This document shows positions 25,673 through 34,563 of a stretch of 64,000 nt of DNA, one piece after another. A program made the translations under genes and the position numbers. Each line of letters starts with the position of its first letter. Positions within the stretch are counted from its first letter, which is position 1. The stretch is from Bacillota bacterium (GTDB lineage Bacteria > Bacillota > SHA-98 > Ch115 > JABLXJ01), in assembly GCA_012839815.1 (NCBI GenBank), contig DUMQ01000098.1, forward strand, positions 376 to 64,375. The letters are read 5' to 3'. Under the pieces are notes generated by a model. The model made no database searches. It was not told the origin of the DNA and saw nothing but the letters and a program-made list of their open reading frames with translations.

Positions 25673-28480
25673 ATGAGAAGGCATACGCATTTCATCCTCA
25701 CTGCTGTCCTGGTGCTTGCCCTTGCAGCTCCAGCGATGGCGAGTCCGTTTGCGGATGTCCCAGCGTACCACTGGGCGTATGATGCGGTAAACCAGCTGGC
25801 TGCGTACGGCCTGATTCAGGGCTTCCCGGATGGGACGTTCAAGGGCGACCAGCCTATGACCCGGTATCAGATGGCCATGGTGGTGGCGAGGCTGCTCGTG
25901 CAGCTCGACTCGCAAATCAAGTCCGAGATAGAGTCGGCAAAGGCCAGCATGAAGGCTGAACAGCCGGCTGCGGAGGCCAGCGGCCAGCCCGTGCTCGAGA
26001 AGATCGTCGAGCAGAAGGTGCTCGATACGGCCCAGGCCAAGGCGCTCGCGGAGCGGGCTGACGCGGTCGAAGGACAGGTGAAGGAACTGGGCGCTCAGGT
26101 ATCCACGCTGGGCTCGAAGCTCGATGAGGTTACATCCCAGGCTGGTGCCGCGGCCAAGGTAGATGAGCTCGCCGCGAAGGTTGAAGCGGGCCAGGCTGCT
26201 ATGGATGAGAAGATCGACTCCATGGGCGCCAAGCTCGATGAGGTGGCCTCGAAGGTCGACGTGGTCGACGCGAAGGCTGATACCATAGATGCCAAGGTCG
26301 CAGTCGTCGACGATAAGGTGGCCGAGGTCGATGCTAAGGCCGAGGCGATCAAGAAGGCTGCCGAGGATAAGGCCCTCGAACTGATATCGATGATCGATGC
26401 CCTCAAGGATGAGTTCGCAAAGGAGCTAGATATCCTCGGCGTGCGCACGGGGGCCCTGGACGACCAGCTCGCACAGGTCAACGCCAGGATCGCCGGTCTT
26501 GAGTCCAGGGTCGCGGAGATCGATGCGAAGCTCGCCGAGGTTGATGCCAAGGTCGGCGAGGTCGCAGGCCAGGTTGCTGAGGTCGGCACGAAGCTCGACA
26601 GCCACATCGCCGGCCACGAGAAGGTTACCATCTCGGGGAGCAGCGAGTTGAAGTATGTGAATGTCACGGTCACCGGCAATAAGGCAGTTGCATGGGAGGA
26701 TCCCAACGATATCTTCGCCGATGATGCGGCGGACATTCACCCCGCCGATGCGGGCAAGTTCGAGTCGAAGGCGTACAACCAGCTCAATCTCAATCTCAAG
26801 GCCAACAGCGCGCGCGGCGTCTCCGTGGACGCATCGGTATCCGTGGAGAACCAATTCACGAACGTTTTTGAGCTCGCTGATTTCACCCTCGATGTGAAGA
26901 CTCCGGACGTCGTCCGCCATATCTACGTGGGCGACGTGAAGCTTCCCGAGGGGACCTTCACGCCTTACACCCTTACCGGCGACCAGCTCGTCGATGAGGA
27001 CGGCGAGGCCAAGTACAACGGCGCCTATGCGGAGCTTGCATATGGCGGCCTGACCTCGACGATCCTGGCCCTGAGGCTGCAGGCGGCGGATCCGGGAGAT
27101 AATACTGATCCTAATAATCCGGTCCCTGGTAAATATGATCGCTATGCGATTGCCGCCGATGCGAAGATTGCGCTCAACCCGAGCCTCAAGGTCGGCGCAA
27201 CTTACGTGAAGGCGTTTGATGATGAACGCGCGGTGGAATTCGCTGTTCGCCCGGAGCTGGAGCTCCAGAGCGACGCGGTCGGCAGCGTGAACGCCCAGTT
27301 GACTCTTGCCCCGGGCTGGACTGTTGCGACCGAGGTCGCCAAGCGGACCCAGAGCAAGGACGAGAATGGTTCGGTCAAGGAAGTCACCGGTAGCGCCCTC
27401 GTCCTGGATGCGACGGGCAAGGTCGGCCCGGTCGAGCTCACCGCAGGCATCAAGCGCGTCGAGGATGAGTTCGCGCCCCTGGATGGCTTCGCGCTGATCA
27501 ACACCGATCCGGACAACGGCGGTATCGAGACCAACGTAAAGAGTTACAGCCTCGGCGCGAAGCTGCCCATCGATGCCTTCGGCGGGAAGCTGACCCTGGC
27601 CGGCGGCTACAAGCTCTCGGGTAATGCCAGTGCAGATGGGGACTGGAATACGGCGAAGAGCAGCAACAAGACAGGCAGCGTCGAGTACGCGACGAAGTTC
27701 GCGGGCCTGGATGTGACGGCCAAGGCCGGTGTCGACAGCACCTACTACGAGATCGATGAGACGTATGATCCCAAGACGGACGTCTTCAAACTCAACACGG
27801 GTGTGGAGGTTGGACTCGCGCCCTTCAAGCTGACCTACGATGTGACCAACGCCAAGATCAACCCGAGCGAGGCGGGCACCGAGGACTTCTACCGCGAGGT
27901 GGCCCTTGGCCTCGAGGCCAGCCACAAGGTAGGCGAGAATGTCACGCTCACTGCGGGATATGACTATGACAAGCGGGAGAAGAAGATTTCCGGTAAGGAC
28001 TATCTTGTCGCCCCCGATGTTGACGATCCCGCAGCCGAGAAAGAGGAGTCAACCTTCAAGGCCGGCGTGGACGTGGCGTTCAACCTCAACGCCAACATCA
28101 AGGTCGGCGGCGGCTACAACTACGAGGTCACCAACGACCTGTTGAACGACTTCCGCAAGGTCTACAAGAGCATCCTGAAGGGCAACTTCGAGGGCAAGCT
28201 GAGCGAGAAGGCCACCCTGTCGGGCGATGTGGGGATCTACAAGCTCGATAGGCAGGATTCGGCCGATAAGAATTCTGATATCGACGTGGCGTTAATGGGA
28301 TACGTCCCGATGACGAACGTGATCGGGAACCTCAACTACAGCTATGCTCTGACTTCCAATACGACGCTGAACCTGGGCTACGGTGTCGTGAAGTCGGATT
28401 GCAATACCGATGATCCTGACGACACGACCAAGGACTACACGGCGACCACGCTCAGCGCAGGCCTGAAGGTGACCTTCTAG
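25673..28480 (+). CDS. ompM: OmpM-like outer-membrane protein: signal peptide + SLH domain + ~300-aa coiled-coil + C-terminal beta-barrel
   Basis: Signal peptide MRRHTHFILTAVLVLALAAPAMA. SLH motif (FADVPAYHWAYDAVNQLAAYGLIQGFPDGTFKGDQPMTRYQMAMVVARLL). Long Ala/Asp/Lys/Val heptad coiled-coil. C-terminal region of alternating amphipathic strands ending in the aromatic residue F (GLKVTF), typical of OM barrels. A low-GC leader lies upstream. Confidence 0.8.
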   Translation: MRRHTHFILTAVLVLALAAPAMASPFADVPAYHWAYDAVNQLAAYGLIQGFPDGTFKGDQPMTRYQMAMVVARLLVQLDSQIKSEIESAKASMKAEQPAAEASGQPVLEKIVEQKVLDTAQAKALAERADAVEGQVKELGAQVSTLGSKLDEVTSQAGAAAKVDELAAKVEAGQAAMDEKIDSMGAKLDEVASKVDVVDAKADTIDAKVAVVDDKVAEVDAKAEAIKKAAEDKALELISMIDALKDEFAKELDILGVRTGALDDQLAQVNARIAGLESRVAEIDAKLAEVDAKVGEVAGQVAEVGTKLDSHIAGHEKVTISGSSELKYVNVTVTGNKAVAWEDPNDIFADDAADIHPADAGKFESKAYNQLNLNLKANSARGVSVDASVSVENQFTNVFELADFTLDVKTPDVVRHIYVGDVKLPEGTFTPYTLTGDQLVDEDGEAKYNGAYAELAYGGLTSTILALRLQAADPGDNTDPNNPVPGKYDRYAIAADAKIALNPSLKVGATYVKAFDDERAVEFAVRPELELQSDAVGSVNAQLTLAPGWTVATEVAKRTQSKDENGSVKEVTGSALVLDATGKVGPVELTAGIKRVEDEFAPLDGFALINTDPDNGGIETNVKSYSLGAKLPIDAFGGKLTLAGGYKLSGNASADGDWNTAKSSNKTGSVEYATKFAGLDVTAKAGVDSTYYEIDETYDPKTDVFKLNTGVEVGLAPFKLTYDVTNAKINPSEAGTEDFYREVALGLEASHKVGENVTLTAGYDYDKREKKISGKDYLVAPDVDDPAAEKEESTFKAGVDVAFNLNANIKVGGGYNYEVTNDLLNDFRKVYKSILKGNFEGKLSEKATLSGDVGIYKLDRQDSADKNSDIDVALMGYVPMTNVIGNLNYSYALTSNTTLNLGYGVVKSDCNTDDPDDTTKDYTATTLSAGLKVTF

Positions 28481-28588
28481 GCGCCTTGCTTGCCTTGTGC
28501 GCTACGATGTAGTATGATCGACCCCGGGGGGTATCATCCCATCCCCCGGGGTCTTCATCATCGCCCCGCCTGGAGAGGTGTTGATGTA

Positions 28589-29080
28589 GTGCTAGAGCCT
28601 ACTAAGGTTATCTCGATCGACCCGGGCCGCGAGAAGTGTGGTGTGGCCGTCGTCTCCTCTGAAGGTGAGACCATCTTGAAGACCATCGTCCCTGCCGGGC
28701 GCCTGCTGGATACGGTGCGGGACCTCGTTGCACGCCACGGCGTATCGACGATCGTGATAGGTGACCGGACGGGGTCGAGGGAGCTTGTTCGCGCCATACG
28801 GGAAATGCTGGGCACCGGGGGCACAGGCAACGGAGGCGCTGGCTCACGGGCTGATAAGGCTACCACGGCTACCGGGGCCTTGCACGCCGGTCGTGATATC
28901 GAGGTCGTGCTGGTAGACGAGCACGAGTCCAGCATGGAGGCTCGTCACCGGTACCTCCGTGATCATCCCGGGCGGGGCCTCGAACGACTGTTGCCCGTTT
29001 CCATGCGTGTCCCACGAGAGCCATATGACGATTACGTCGCCGTGATCCTCGCCGAGAGATATTTCGGCAAGATACGGTAA
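28589..29080 (+). CDS. YqgF/RuvC-like putative Holliday-junction resolvase (pre-16S rRNA nuclease family)
   Basis: VISIDPGREKCGVAVV...STIVIGDRTG...VVLVDEHESSMEARHRY...DDYVAVILAERYF is collinear with YqgF catalytic motifs. GTG 28589 with GGAGAGG RBS; the longer ORF from 28490 spans a GC hairpin and is less likely. Gly-rich insert GTGGTGNGGAGSRADKATTATG. Confidence 0.6.
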   Translation: MLEPTKVISIDPGREKCGVAVVSSEGETILKTIVPAGRLLDTVRDLVARHGVSTIVIGDRTGSRELVRAIREMLGTGGTGNGGAGSRADKATTATGALHAGRDIEVVLVDEHESSMEARHRYLRDHPGRGLERLLPVSMRVPREPYDDYVAVILAERYFGKIR

Positions 29081-29104
29081 GCACTTGACCATCACCCGTA
29101 GCCC

Positions 29105-29615
29105 ACCCGGTCACATTTTTACCGGCCACCTGGTAACGTTCTTACCAGCCTGCCCGAGTCGCCCCCATGGGTGGTAAACATTTTGCCGCCCCACGCGCCG
29201 GGCTGGCGAGATTTTTTCCACTTCGCTCACCAGAGTGGTAACCTGTCTGCCACCTGAGCGTTGAGCTGGAAAGTATCTTTCCACTTCCTATGCCGGGGTG
29301 GTAAGTATTCTTCCACTTTTCACGCTGAAGTGGTAAGCTAATTACCACCCATTCGTCGAACTGGCAAGTATCTTACCACTCCGCGCGCCAGGCTGGCAAG
29401 TTAGTTACCACCTGCTTGCTGCACTGGAAAGTATCTTGCCACTTAGCCCGATGAGATGGCAAGTTATTTATCACCTCGACGTCTATCCTGGTAACTTTCT
29501 TACCACCCAACTGTGACCCATCGATGATGGTGGTAAGAATCTTACCACCCTGCGCCGTAAAGGTGGCAACCTGCTTACCACCTCGCCTGCACGACATGGC
29601 AATTTTCTTGCCGGT
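29105..29615. repeat. Phased array of ~16 degenerate 20-bp palindromes (consensus STGGYAAG-N4-5-CTTRCCAC) with ~31-33 bp centre-to-centre spacing and unique 11-12 bp linkers
   Basis: Sites read directly, e.g. CTGGTAACGTTCTTACCAGC, GTGGTAAGTATTCTTCCACT, GTGGTAAGCTAATTACCACC, CTGGCAAGTATCTTACCACT, GTGGTAAGAATCTTACCACC. Approximate centres: 29117, 29140, 29180, 29213, 29244, 29276, 29308, 29340, 29371, 29403, 29434, 29466, 29498, 29539, 29572, 29605. Confidence 0.85.
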
Positions 29616-29959
29616 CGACCCCGATTCCGATCAAGGGCCGGGGTGGTCATACAGAAGTCATACAGAAGGATGGCTATATAGAAAATTGTATACATCCTGA
29701 GATTGAAGAATTTGACACCCGAAATTCTCCGATTTAGAAAAGGATTTTGTTGAGGATTGGAGAAATATATAACGAGGATAGAAGACATATTCCAAATATT
29801 CCAGGCATGAGGTATGGAGCATTATATATTATTGTATCCCGGGCTGGGTATGTATCCAGGACTAGGTGCCGGGAACTGGATCGCCAGCAATGCACCAGCG
29901 ATGTTTTAACGCTTTATGGATGTTGACTGGTTATGGGTACTGAGTGGGAAGGCGATAAA

Positions 29960-31189
29960 ATGAGCAGGCACGGATGGTTTTTCGCCCCTATGGCAGGATC
30001 CACGGTTTTGCTTTTTATCTTCATACTTTTCATCCCGGCGGCGGTCGTTTTTGCGAATCCCTTTACACCGCTCCCGGCCGGGCACTGGAGTTATAGCGCC
30101 GTGGCTGAATTCGCAAAGGCCGGGCTGGTCGACGGTTATTCAAAGTCTGCCTTTACGGATGGCACCGCCATAACCCGCTATGAGATGGGTTGGATCGTGG
30201 CTAGGCTGTCGGCCAAGGTCAATGACCAGGCGTCCGGCGTTGTGCTCACAGCCTATCAGCGTAATTTACTGAAGCGCCTCCAGGCGGAATTTGCCGGTGA
30301 ACTCGCCATGATAGCCTCGCAGGGCGGCCAGACAGGTTCCCAGGCGTGGTCGCCTTCAGACCTCCAGGTCGCGCAGTTGATTTTACGCGATGAGCAGTCA
30401 GGCCTCCCCGCGAAGCAGGGCACGGGGCAGGCGTTTTGGGATTCAAGATCCGCTCCTGCTATCCCCCCTGCTAACCCCTTTGAGGCCATCGGAGGCTCAA
30501 GCGGGATCAGGCTTTCGGATATCCTCAAGGCAGGTGTGCAGGCTGGAAACGAACATAAGGGGTCAAACCCGGGCAAGGCGGATAATTGTGCGGGTAATTC
30601 CGGGGAAGCGCCGCTCCCGCTTGTTATCCCTATTACATTTGAGAACGGGTCCCAGGCTGAAATCCTCATAGGGGATACGGGGCCTGCCGACCCGATTTCC
30701 AGGGCAGCCCGCGGCGAAACCGAGGAGAAGGATGTCGTGGCGTCTGTAGGCATGCAGTATGCCCTGACGAAACTGGCAAGAGTCCGCGCAGGTTACGAGA
30801 TCGCCAGCCTCGATGATAAGGAGGCAAAAGAGACCGGTCAGAGCACCAGGCGAGCGACGGCGTCAGTTGGCGTGGACTACGATGTTATTATCTCCGATGC
30901 CGCCCGCCTTAAAGCAGGGTACAGCTACGCCCGGATGACCGATCTCGCGAGCAGCGGGGATGGCGACAAGAAGGCCGGTCTCATATTCGACTTGCTTGAC
31001 CCCTCAGCCATGGAGAAGATAGGCGAGGGGCAACGAACGACGGCCAGCGTGGGGCTGGGGTATAGTCTCAGCGGAACCACCTCGCTCACGCTGGGCTACA
31101 GCCTTATTGATTTTACGGAATCCGGCGCCGTCGAGGGGGACCATAAGCGATCCAACGTTGCGAGTGCGGAGCTCAGTATAAAGTTTTGA
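29960..31189 (+). CDS. Second SLH-domain outer-membrane beta-barrel protein (OmpM-like, short linker)
   Basis: Signal/TM MSRHGWFFAPMAGSTVLLFIFILFIPAAVVFA. SLH motif (FTPLPAGHWSYSAVAEFAKAGLVDGYSKSAFTDGTAITRYEMGWIVARL). C-terminal amphipathic strands ending ...ELSIKF. Preceded by a low-GC promoter-like region (29640-29930). Confidence 0.7.
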   Translation: MSRHGWFFAPMAGSTVLLFIFILFIPAAVVFANPFTPLPAGHWSYSAVAEFAKAGLVDGYSKSAFTDGTAITRYEMGWIVARLSAKVNDQASGVVLTAYQRNLLKRLQAEFAGELAMIASQGGQTGSQAWSPSDLQVAQLILRDEQSGLPAKQGTGQAFWDSRSAPAIPPANPFEAIGGSSGIRLSDILKAGVQAGNEHKGSNPGKADNCAGNSGEAPLPLVIPITFENGSQAEILIGDTGPADPISRAARGETEEKDVVASVGMQYALTKLARVRAGYEIASLDDKEAKETGQSTRRATASVGVDYDVIISDAARLKAGYSYARMTDLASSGDGDKKAGLIFDLLDPSAMEKIGEGQRTTASVGLGYSLSGTTSLTLGYSLIDFTESGAVEGDHKRSNVASAELSIKF

Positions 31190-31272
31190 ATACCCCGGGC
31201 GCGCTGCCGCAGCGCCGCAATGATGTATATCACGATGATAACAATCTAACCGCGATGAGATGTCGCCACAAT

Positions 31273-31335
31273 GGGATATCGGCTGAAATGATATTGGCTG
31301 AGAGATACCGGCTGAAATGGTATCGGCTGATTGAG
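31273..31335. repeat. Tandem ~15-bp repeats (GATATCGGCTGAAATG-like x4)
   Basis: gatatcggctgaaatg / atattggctgagagat / accggctgaaatggt / atcggctgattgagatg. The overlapping six-frame ORF 31186-31377 is probably not coding. Confidence 0.6.
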
Positions 31336-31444
31336 ATGCTGCGAAAGATTTCGGGGTTTACTGTGATTCGCCGTTGAGGAGTGAGGATCTACAACTTTAT
31401 GGGCAGCCCGGCAGGTGCATAAATACCATGACCCCTTCGAAGGT

Positions 31445-31572
31445 TTTATATAGGGCGTAATGGGTATCTGGCGTAGTGGCTGTCTATATATAGTAGTTTA
31501 TATAGGGCGCAATGAGTATTTTCTTTCTATAGTAGTGGCGGGTATCTATACGAGTAGTGGTTATCTATATCC
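31445..31572. repeat. Interleaved direct repeats upstream of the 31591 gene: TATAGGGCGYAATGRGTAT x2 and AGTAGTGGYKGTCTATATA x3
   Basis: tatagggcgtaatgggtat...gtagtggctgtctatata...tatagggcgcaatgagtat...agtagtggcgggtatctata...gagtagtggttatctatat. Confidence 0.7.
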
Positions 31573-31590
31573 GGAAGAGGGGGCGCTGAA

Positions 31591-32619
31591 GTGAGTAATC
31601 CAGTCGAGAGAGCCTCCCGGGTGACGGGACCCCAGGTGGCGAAGGTATTTATTCTGGGCCTTTTGCTTGCAGGCCTGTCATTGGGGATTTTTTCACTTGG
31701 GACCGGGGCGCAGGGTGCCGGGACGGTCACGGACAAGCTCCGGCAGGTCGAAGTATACCTCTATGGCAGGGAGCAGGCGGGTGCCTTACTTGAGCGAATC
31801 ACCCAGGTCGAGAAGGATATATTCGGGGCCCCTCAGCAGGGTTCGGTTATTGAACGCGTTGAGAGGGCAGCCGATTTCGCAGGCGATACTCCACTCGCCG
31901 GTCCGTCCCTTCTTTTCAAGCTTAAGGCCGTTGAATGGAGTATCTTGAGGACGCAGGGCAGCGAGCCCCTCATGGCGAAGATCGACAAGCTCGAGAAGCT
32001 GGTGACGGGCAAGACCGGCCAGGGATCGGTCGCGGCCAGGGTTGATGCGCTCGTGAAATTATGCATCCCGGGCGGGGCCGTCCAGGCGCGTACTGTAGTG
32101 GTGCCGGCCGGGACGGCGATGCGGATAAAGTTCTTAAGCGGCGTCAATTCCGGGACAGCCAAGAAGGGCGATAAGGTCGAATTTGAGGTTGTACGGGATG
32201 TGATCATCGGGACGGAGTTGATCGTGCCGCGAGGCACGCGCGGCGTCGCGACCGTCAGCAGCGTAACACCTGCAGGCAAGCTTGGGCGGGATGGGAAGCT
32301 CGAGCTTGAAATCAAAGAGGTAAAGGCTATAGACGGCAGCGTTTTGCTGCTCGGCCTCGACGAGAAAACCAGCAAGCTTAATGAATCGCTCCAGCTGGCG
32401 GTCGGCGCGAGTGTGGCGGGCTATATAATCTTCGGGCCCATCGGGGTGCTGGGGGGCCTTTTCATCCAGGGTAAGGACGCTGACATCCCGGCGGGCACCG
32501 AGATGTACGTGGCCACGTCAAAGGATGCCCAGGTGCTGGGGTTGAGCTTCCCGGGTACCGATGCAGGTGATACGTCATCGCCAAGCCTGCCGGCTGTGCG
32601 GATTACCCCCTCTACCTGA
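31591..32619 (+). CDS. Hypothetical membrane-anchored protein with internal ~35-aa sequence repeats
   Basis: GTG start with GGAAGAGGGGG RBS. TM helix (VFILGLLLAGLSLGIFSL). Repeated motif (LLERITQVEKDIFGAPQQGSVIERVERAA / LMAKIDKLEKLVTGKTGQGSVAARVDALV). C-terminal beta-rich region and second hydrophobic segment. No family recognised. Confidence 0.4.
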   Translation: MSNPVERASRVTGPQVAKVFILGLLLAGLSLGIFSLGTGAQGAGTVTDKLRQVEVYLYGREQAGALLERITQVEKDIFGAPQQGSVIERVERAADFAGDTPLAGPSLLFKLKAVEWSILRTQGSEPLMAKIDKLEKLVTGKTGQGSVAARVDALVKLCIPGGAVQARTVVVPAGTAMRIKFLSGVNSGTAKKGDKVEFEVVRDVIIGTELIVPRGTRGVATVSSVTPAGKLGRDGKLELEIKEVKAIDGSVLLLGLDEKTSKLNESLQLAVGASVAGYIIFGPIGVLGGLFIQGKDADIPAGTEMYVATSKDAQVLGLSFPGTDAGDTSSPSLPAVRITPST

Positions 32620-33007
32620 GTTGGAACTTGAATTCAGTTTAAGTGAGTGTGCATCCCAGCCTGCCTATTTTAACTCGAGGCCGCTTCGAGCGGCACCACA
32701 GGCGATGGAAATGTCGCTTGGGAATAACTGGACAATTTTCAGGTTGATAGAGGGCGGCTGGCGCGTCGGGGTGGGATGTGAGACATGAGGCGCGCAACTG
32801 AGGTGGGCAACGACAGCTAAGGCGCGCAACGTGTGATTTGCGCAATGTGGCGCGACGTGATATAACGAGCGGGGGCCACGAGCGGGGGTCGCGAGGGGGC
32901 CCCCTTCCAGTTTTTATTTTGGAGGAGATATTCGGGGAGATGTAATGGAGGAAGGAAGGTCTGGCGCGTCGAATAACATTGAGGGAACGGTAAAATGGGG
33001 TGGTAAG

Positions 33008-34483
33008 ATGCGTTCCGTCGTCGTTCTGGCTGTCATGGTCGTAATTGTTGTATTCGGCGCGGCGGTCCAAGGTTCCGGCGCGTCTCCCCAACCTATCACC
33101 ATCGAAGCCCAGAATTTTGAGTACGAGGCTGACGGCATGGTTGTCATAGCGACCGGCAGCGTAAGGGCGACGCGCGGCGACTTCGTCCTCACAGCGGACC
33201 ACGTTGAAGCTGATCTCCGGAGCGAGACGATTGTGGCTACCGGCAACGTGAAGATCCGGCGAGGCTCTTACGAGGCTCAGGGCGATACCCTGCATTACGA
33301 TTTCAAGCGGGATTTAAGCGAGATCGGGGGCGCAAGCGGCAAGGTTGGAGAGGCCTTGGTTAAGGGGCGAACCCTTCGTGCGGAGCCTGGGAAGCTCACC
33401 CTGGACGACGGGCAGGTGACGAAGTGCAACCTGCCTGAACCATGCTGGCATATAGGCATGCGCCGCGTGGTGATATATCCGGGGGAGAAAATCGTGGCCG
33501 ATGGTGCAGTGCTGTGGATCGGAAGGCATCAGGTCGTACCGTTCCCCCGGCTTGTGCTGCCGCTCCGGCGTAAGGGCGATACCGAGACAGTCCTCTGGGG
33601 CGAGGATATGCCTGTGCCAAGAGCCGGCTACAATAAGGACGATGGCTTCTTTGTAGGGGTGACTTATAAATATCCTACGCTTGATGATGGGAAGATGACA
33701 TACGACGTTGCCTACCTGTCGAAAAAGGGCTATCAGGGCTCGGTGAGCTATAAGAGGGATATGGGCCAGAATCTTGACTTGAAGCTCTCGCTGGTTCACC
33801 AGACGTGGAAGGGTACCGGCGGCGGGGTAGAGCTGGACGCCTCGCTCCCCGGTTATTCCATCGAGGCCAGATTGAAGAGGGAGTTTACCTCCGACGGGAC
33901 CCTGGATTCGATTCCATCGCTGAGGTTGCGTGTTGCCCCGGTGGCGGTCGGTGGTTTGAATTTGACACTCTCAGGGACGGCAGGCTTCGGCCAGTTTTGG
34001 GAGGAGGTAACAGGCTCGCGGGGGACGAGGGTCGACTTCTCGGTCTTGCTCCGGGAAAGGGAGCCCGTGAACCTGGGCCATGGATTTCAGGGGCACTTCT
34101 CGGCTGGCCTTGGGGATTCGAGGTATAGCACGGGGGATGTGATGCGGACGGTCGATGCGACGGTCGGCGTGGCCCGCCCATTCAAAATGGGTTCCATCGG
34201 CGTAGGCTATCACAGGCTGTGGGTCACCGGGAAGACCCCGTTTGAATTCGATGCCGTCGAGGGCGTGGACGAGATCACGGGCAATGCCACGCTGAGGGTA
34301 GGGGCCGGGCCGAACCCATGGGATAAGTGGGAGCTGGGCGTCTCGGCAAACTACGACCTGGCGGCCGGGGATTTTTCCGACGTGGACTGGACCTTGACAC
34401 GTCACATGCATTGCTTCGAGGTTAGCGCCAGGTGGCGGGAGAAGCGTGAGGAGTTTGGCCTTGACATCAGGTTGATACGGTAA
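33008..34483 (+). CDS. OstA-domain protein, short LptD-like paralog
   Basis: Signal MRSVVVLAVMVVIVVFGAAVQG. OstA N-terminal motifs (ITIEAQNFEYEADGMVVIATGSVRATRGDFVLTADHVEADLRSETIVATGNVKIRRGSYEAQGDTLHYD). C-terminal region with LptD-like PGEKIVADGAVLWIGRHQVVPFPRLVLPL. About 490 aa is short for an LptD barrel. Alternative start 32945. Confidence 0.5.
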   Translation: MRSVVVLAVMVVIVVFGAAVQGSGASPQPITIEAQNFEYEADGMVVIATGSVRATRGDFVLTADHVEADLRSETIVATGNVKIRRGSYEAQGDTLHYDFKRDLSEIGGASGKVGEALVKGRTLRAEPGKLTLDDGQVTKCNLPEPCWHIGMRRVVIYPGEKIVADGAVLWIGRHQVVPFPRLVLPLRRKGDTETVLWGEDMPVPRAGYNKDDGFFVGVTYKYPTLDDGKMTYDVAYLSKKGYQGSVSYKRDMGQNLDLKLSLVHQTWKGTGGGVELDASLPGYSIEARLKREFTSDGTLDSIPSLRLRVAPVAVGGLNLTLSGTAGFGQFWEEVTGSRGTRVDFSVLLREREPVNLGHGFQGHFSAGLGDSRYSTGDVMRTVDATVGVARPFKMGSIGVGYHRLWVTGKTPFEFDAVEGVDEITGNATLRVGAGPNPWDKWELGVSANYDLAAGDFSDVDWTLTRHMHCFEVSARWREKREEFGLDIRLIR

Positions 34484-34563
34484 GACAATAATAGGACATG
34501 CAAGATTAAGGAACGAATTGGGACCGATCGAATCAATTGTAGATTGAACTAATCGTAGAGAGG

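Noticed and set aside
26426-27925. 499-aa ORF on the minus strand inside ompM
   Set aside because: It lies entirely antisense to a well-supported SLH/coiled-coil/barrel gene. It has an Arg/Leu/Gly-rich composition typical of shadow ORFs in GC-rich DNA, and no recognisable motifs.
29142-29597. Two minus-strand ORFs (68 and 74 aa) across the palindrome array
   Set aside because: Their translation is a by-product of the repeating DNA motif (GGK...T iterations). No start context and no homology.
29105-29615. Possible CRISPR array
   Set aside because: Repeats are degenerate palindromes of ~20 bp and the spacers are only 11-12 bp. No cas genes are in the window. The periodicity (~32 bp) fits protein-binding phasing rather than CRISPR architecture.
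29105-29930. Possible chromosomal origin (oriC) or dif site, given the repeat array plus an adjacent AT-rich stretch
   Set aside because: No DnaA-box consensus (TTATCCACA) clusters and no dnaA/dnaN nearby. The AT-rich segment contains only a weak dif-like string (attatatattattgtat) lacking the conserved XerD arm TTATGTAAA.
31186-31377. 63-aa plus-strand ORF after ompM-like 2
   Set aside because: Its sequence is built from tandem 15-bp DNA repeats (ATCGGCTGAAATG units). It is more likely a non-coding repeat array than a protein.
32880-32925. Intrinsic terminator at GAGGGGGCCCCCTTCCAGTTTTTATTTT
   Set aside because: GGGGGCCCCC is self-complementary but leaves no loop, and the alternative pairing has a mismatch. 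It may still act as a terminator, but the structure is not convincing enough to annotate.
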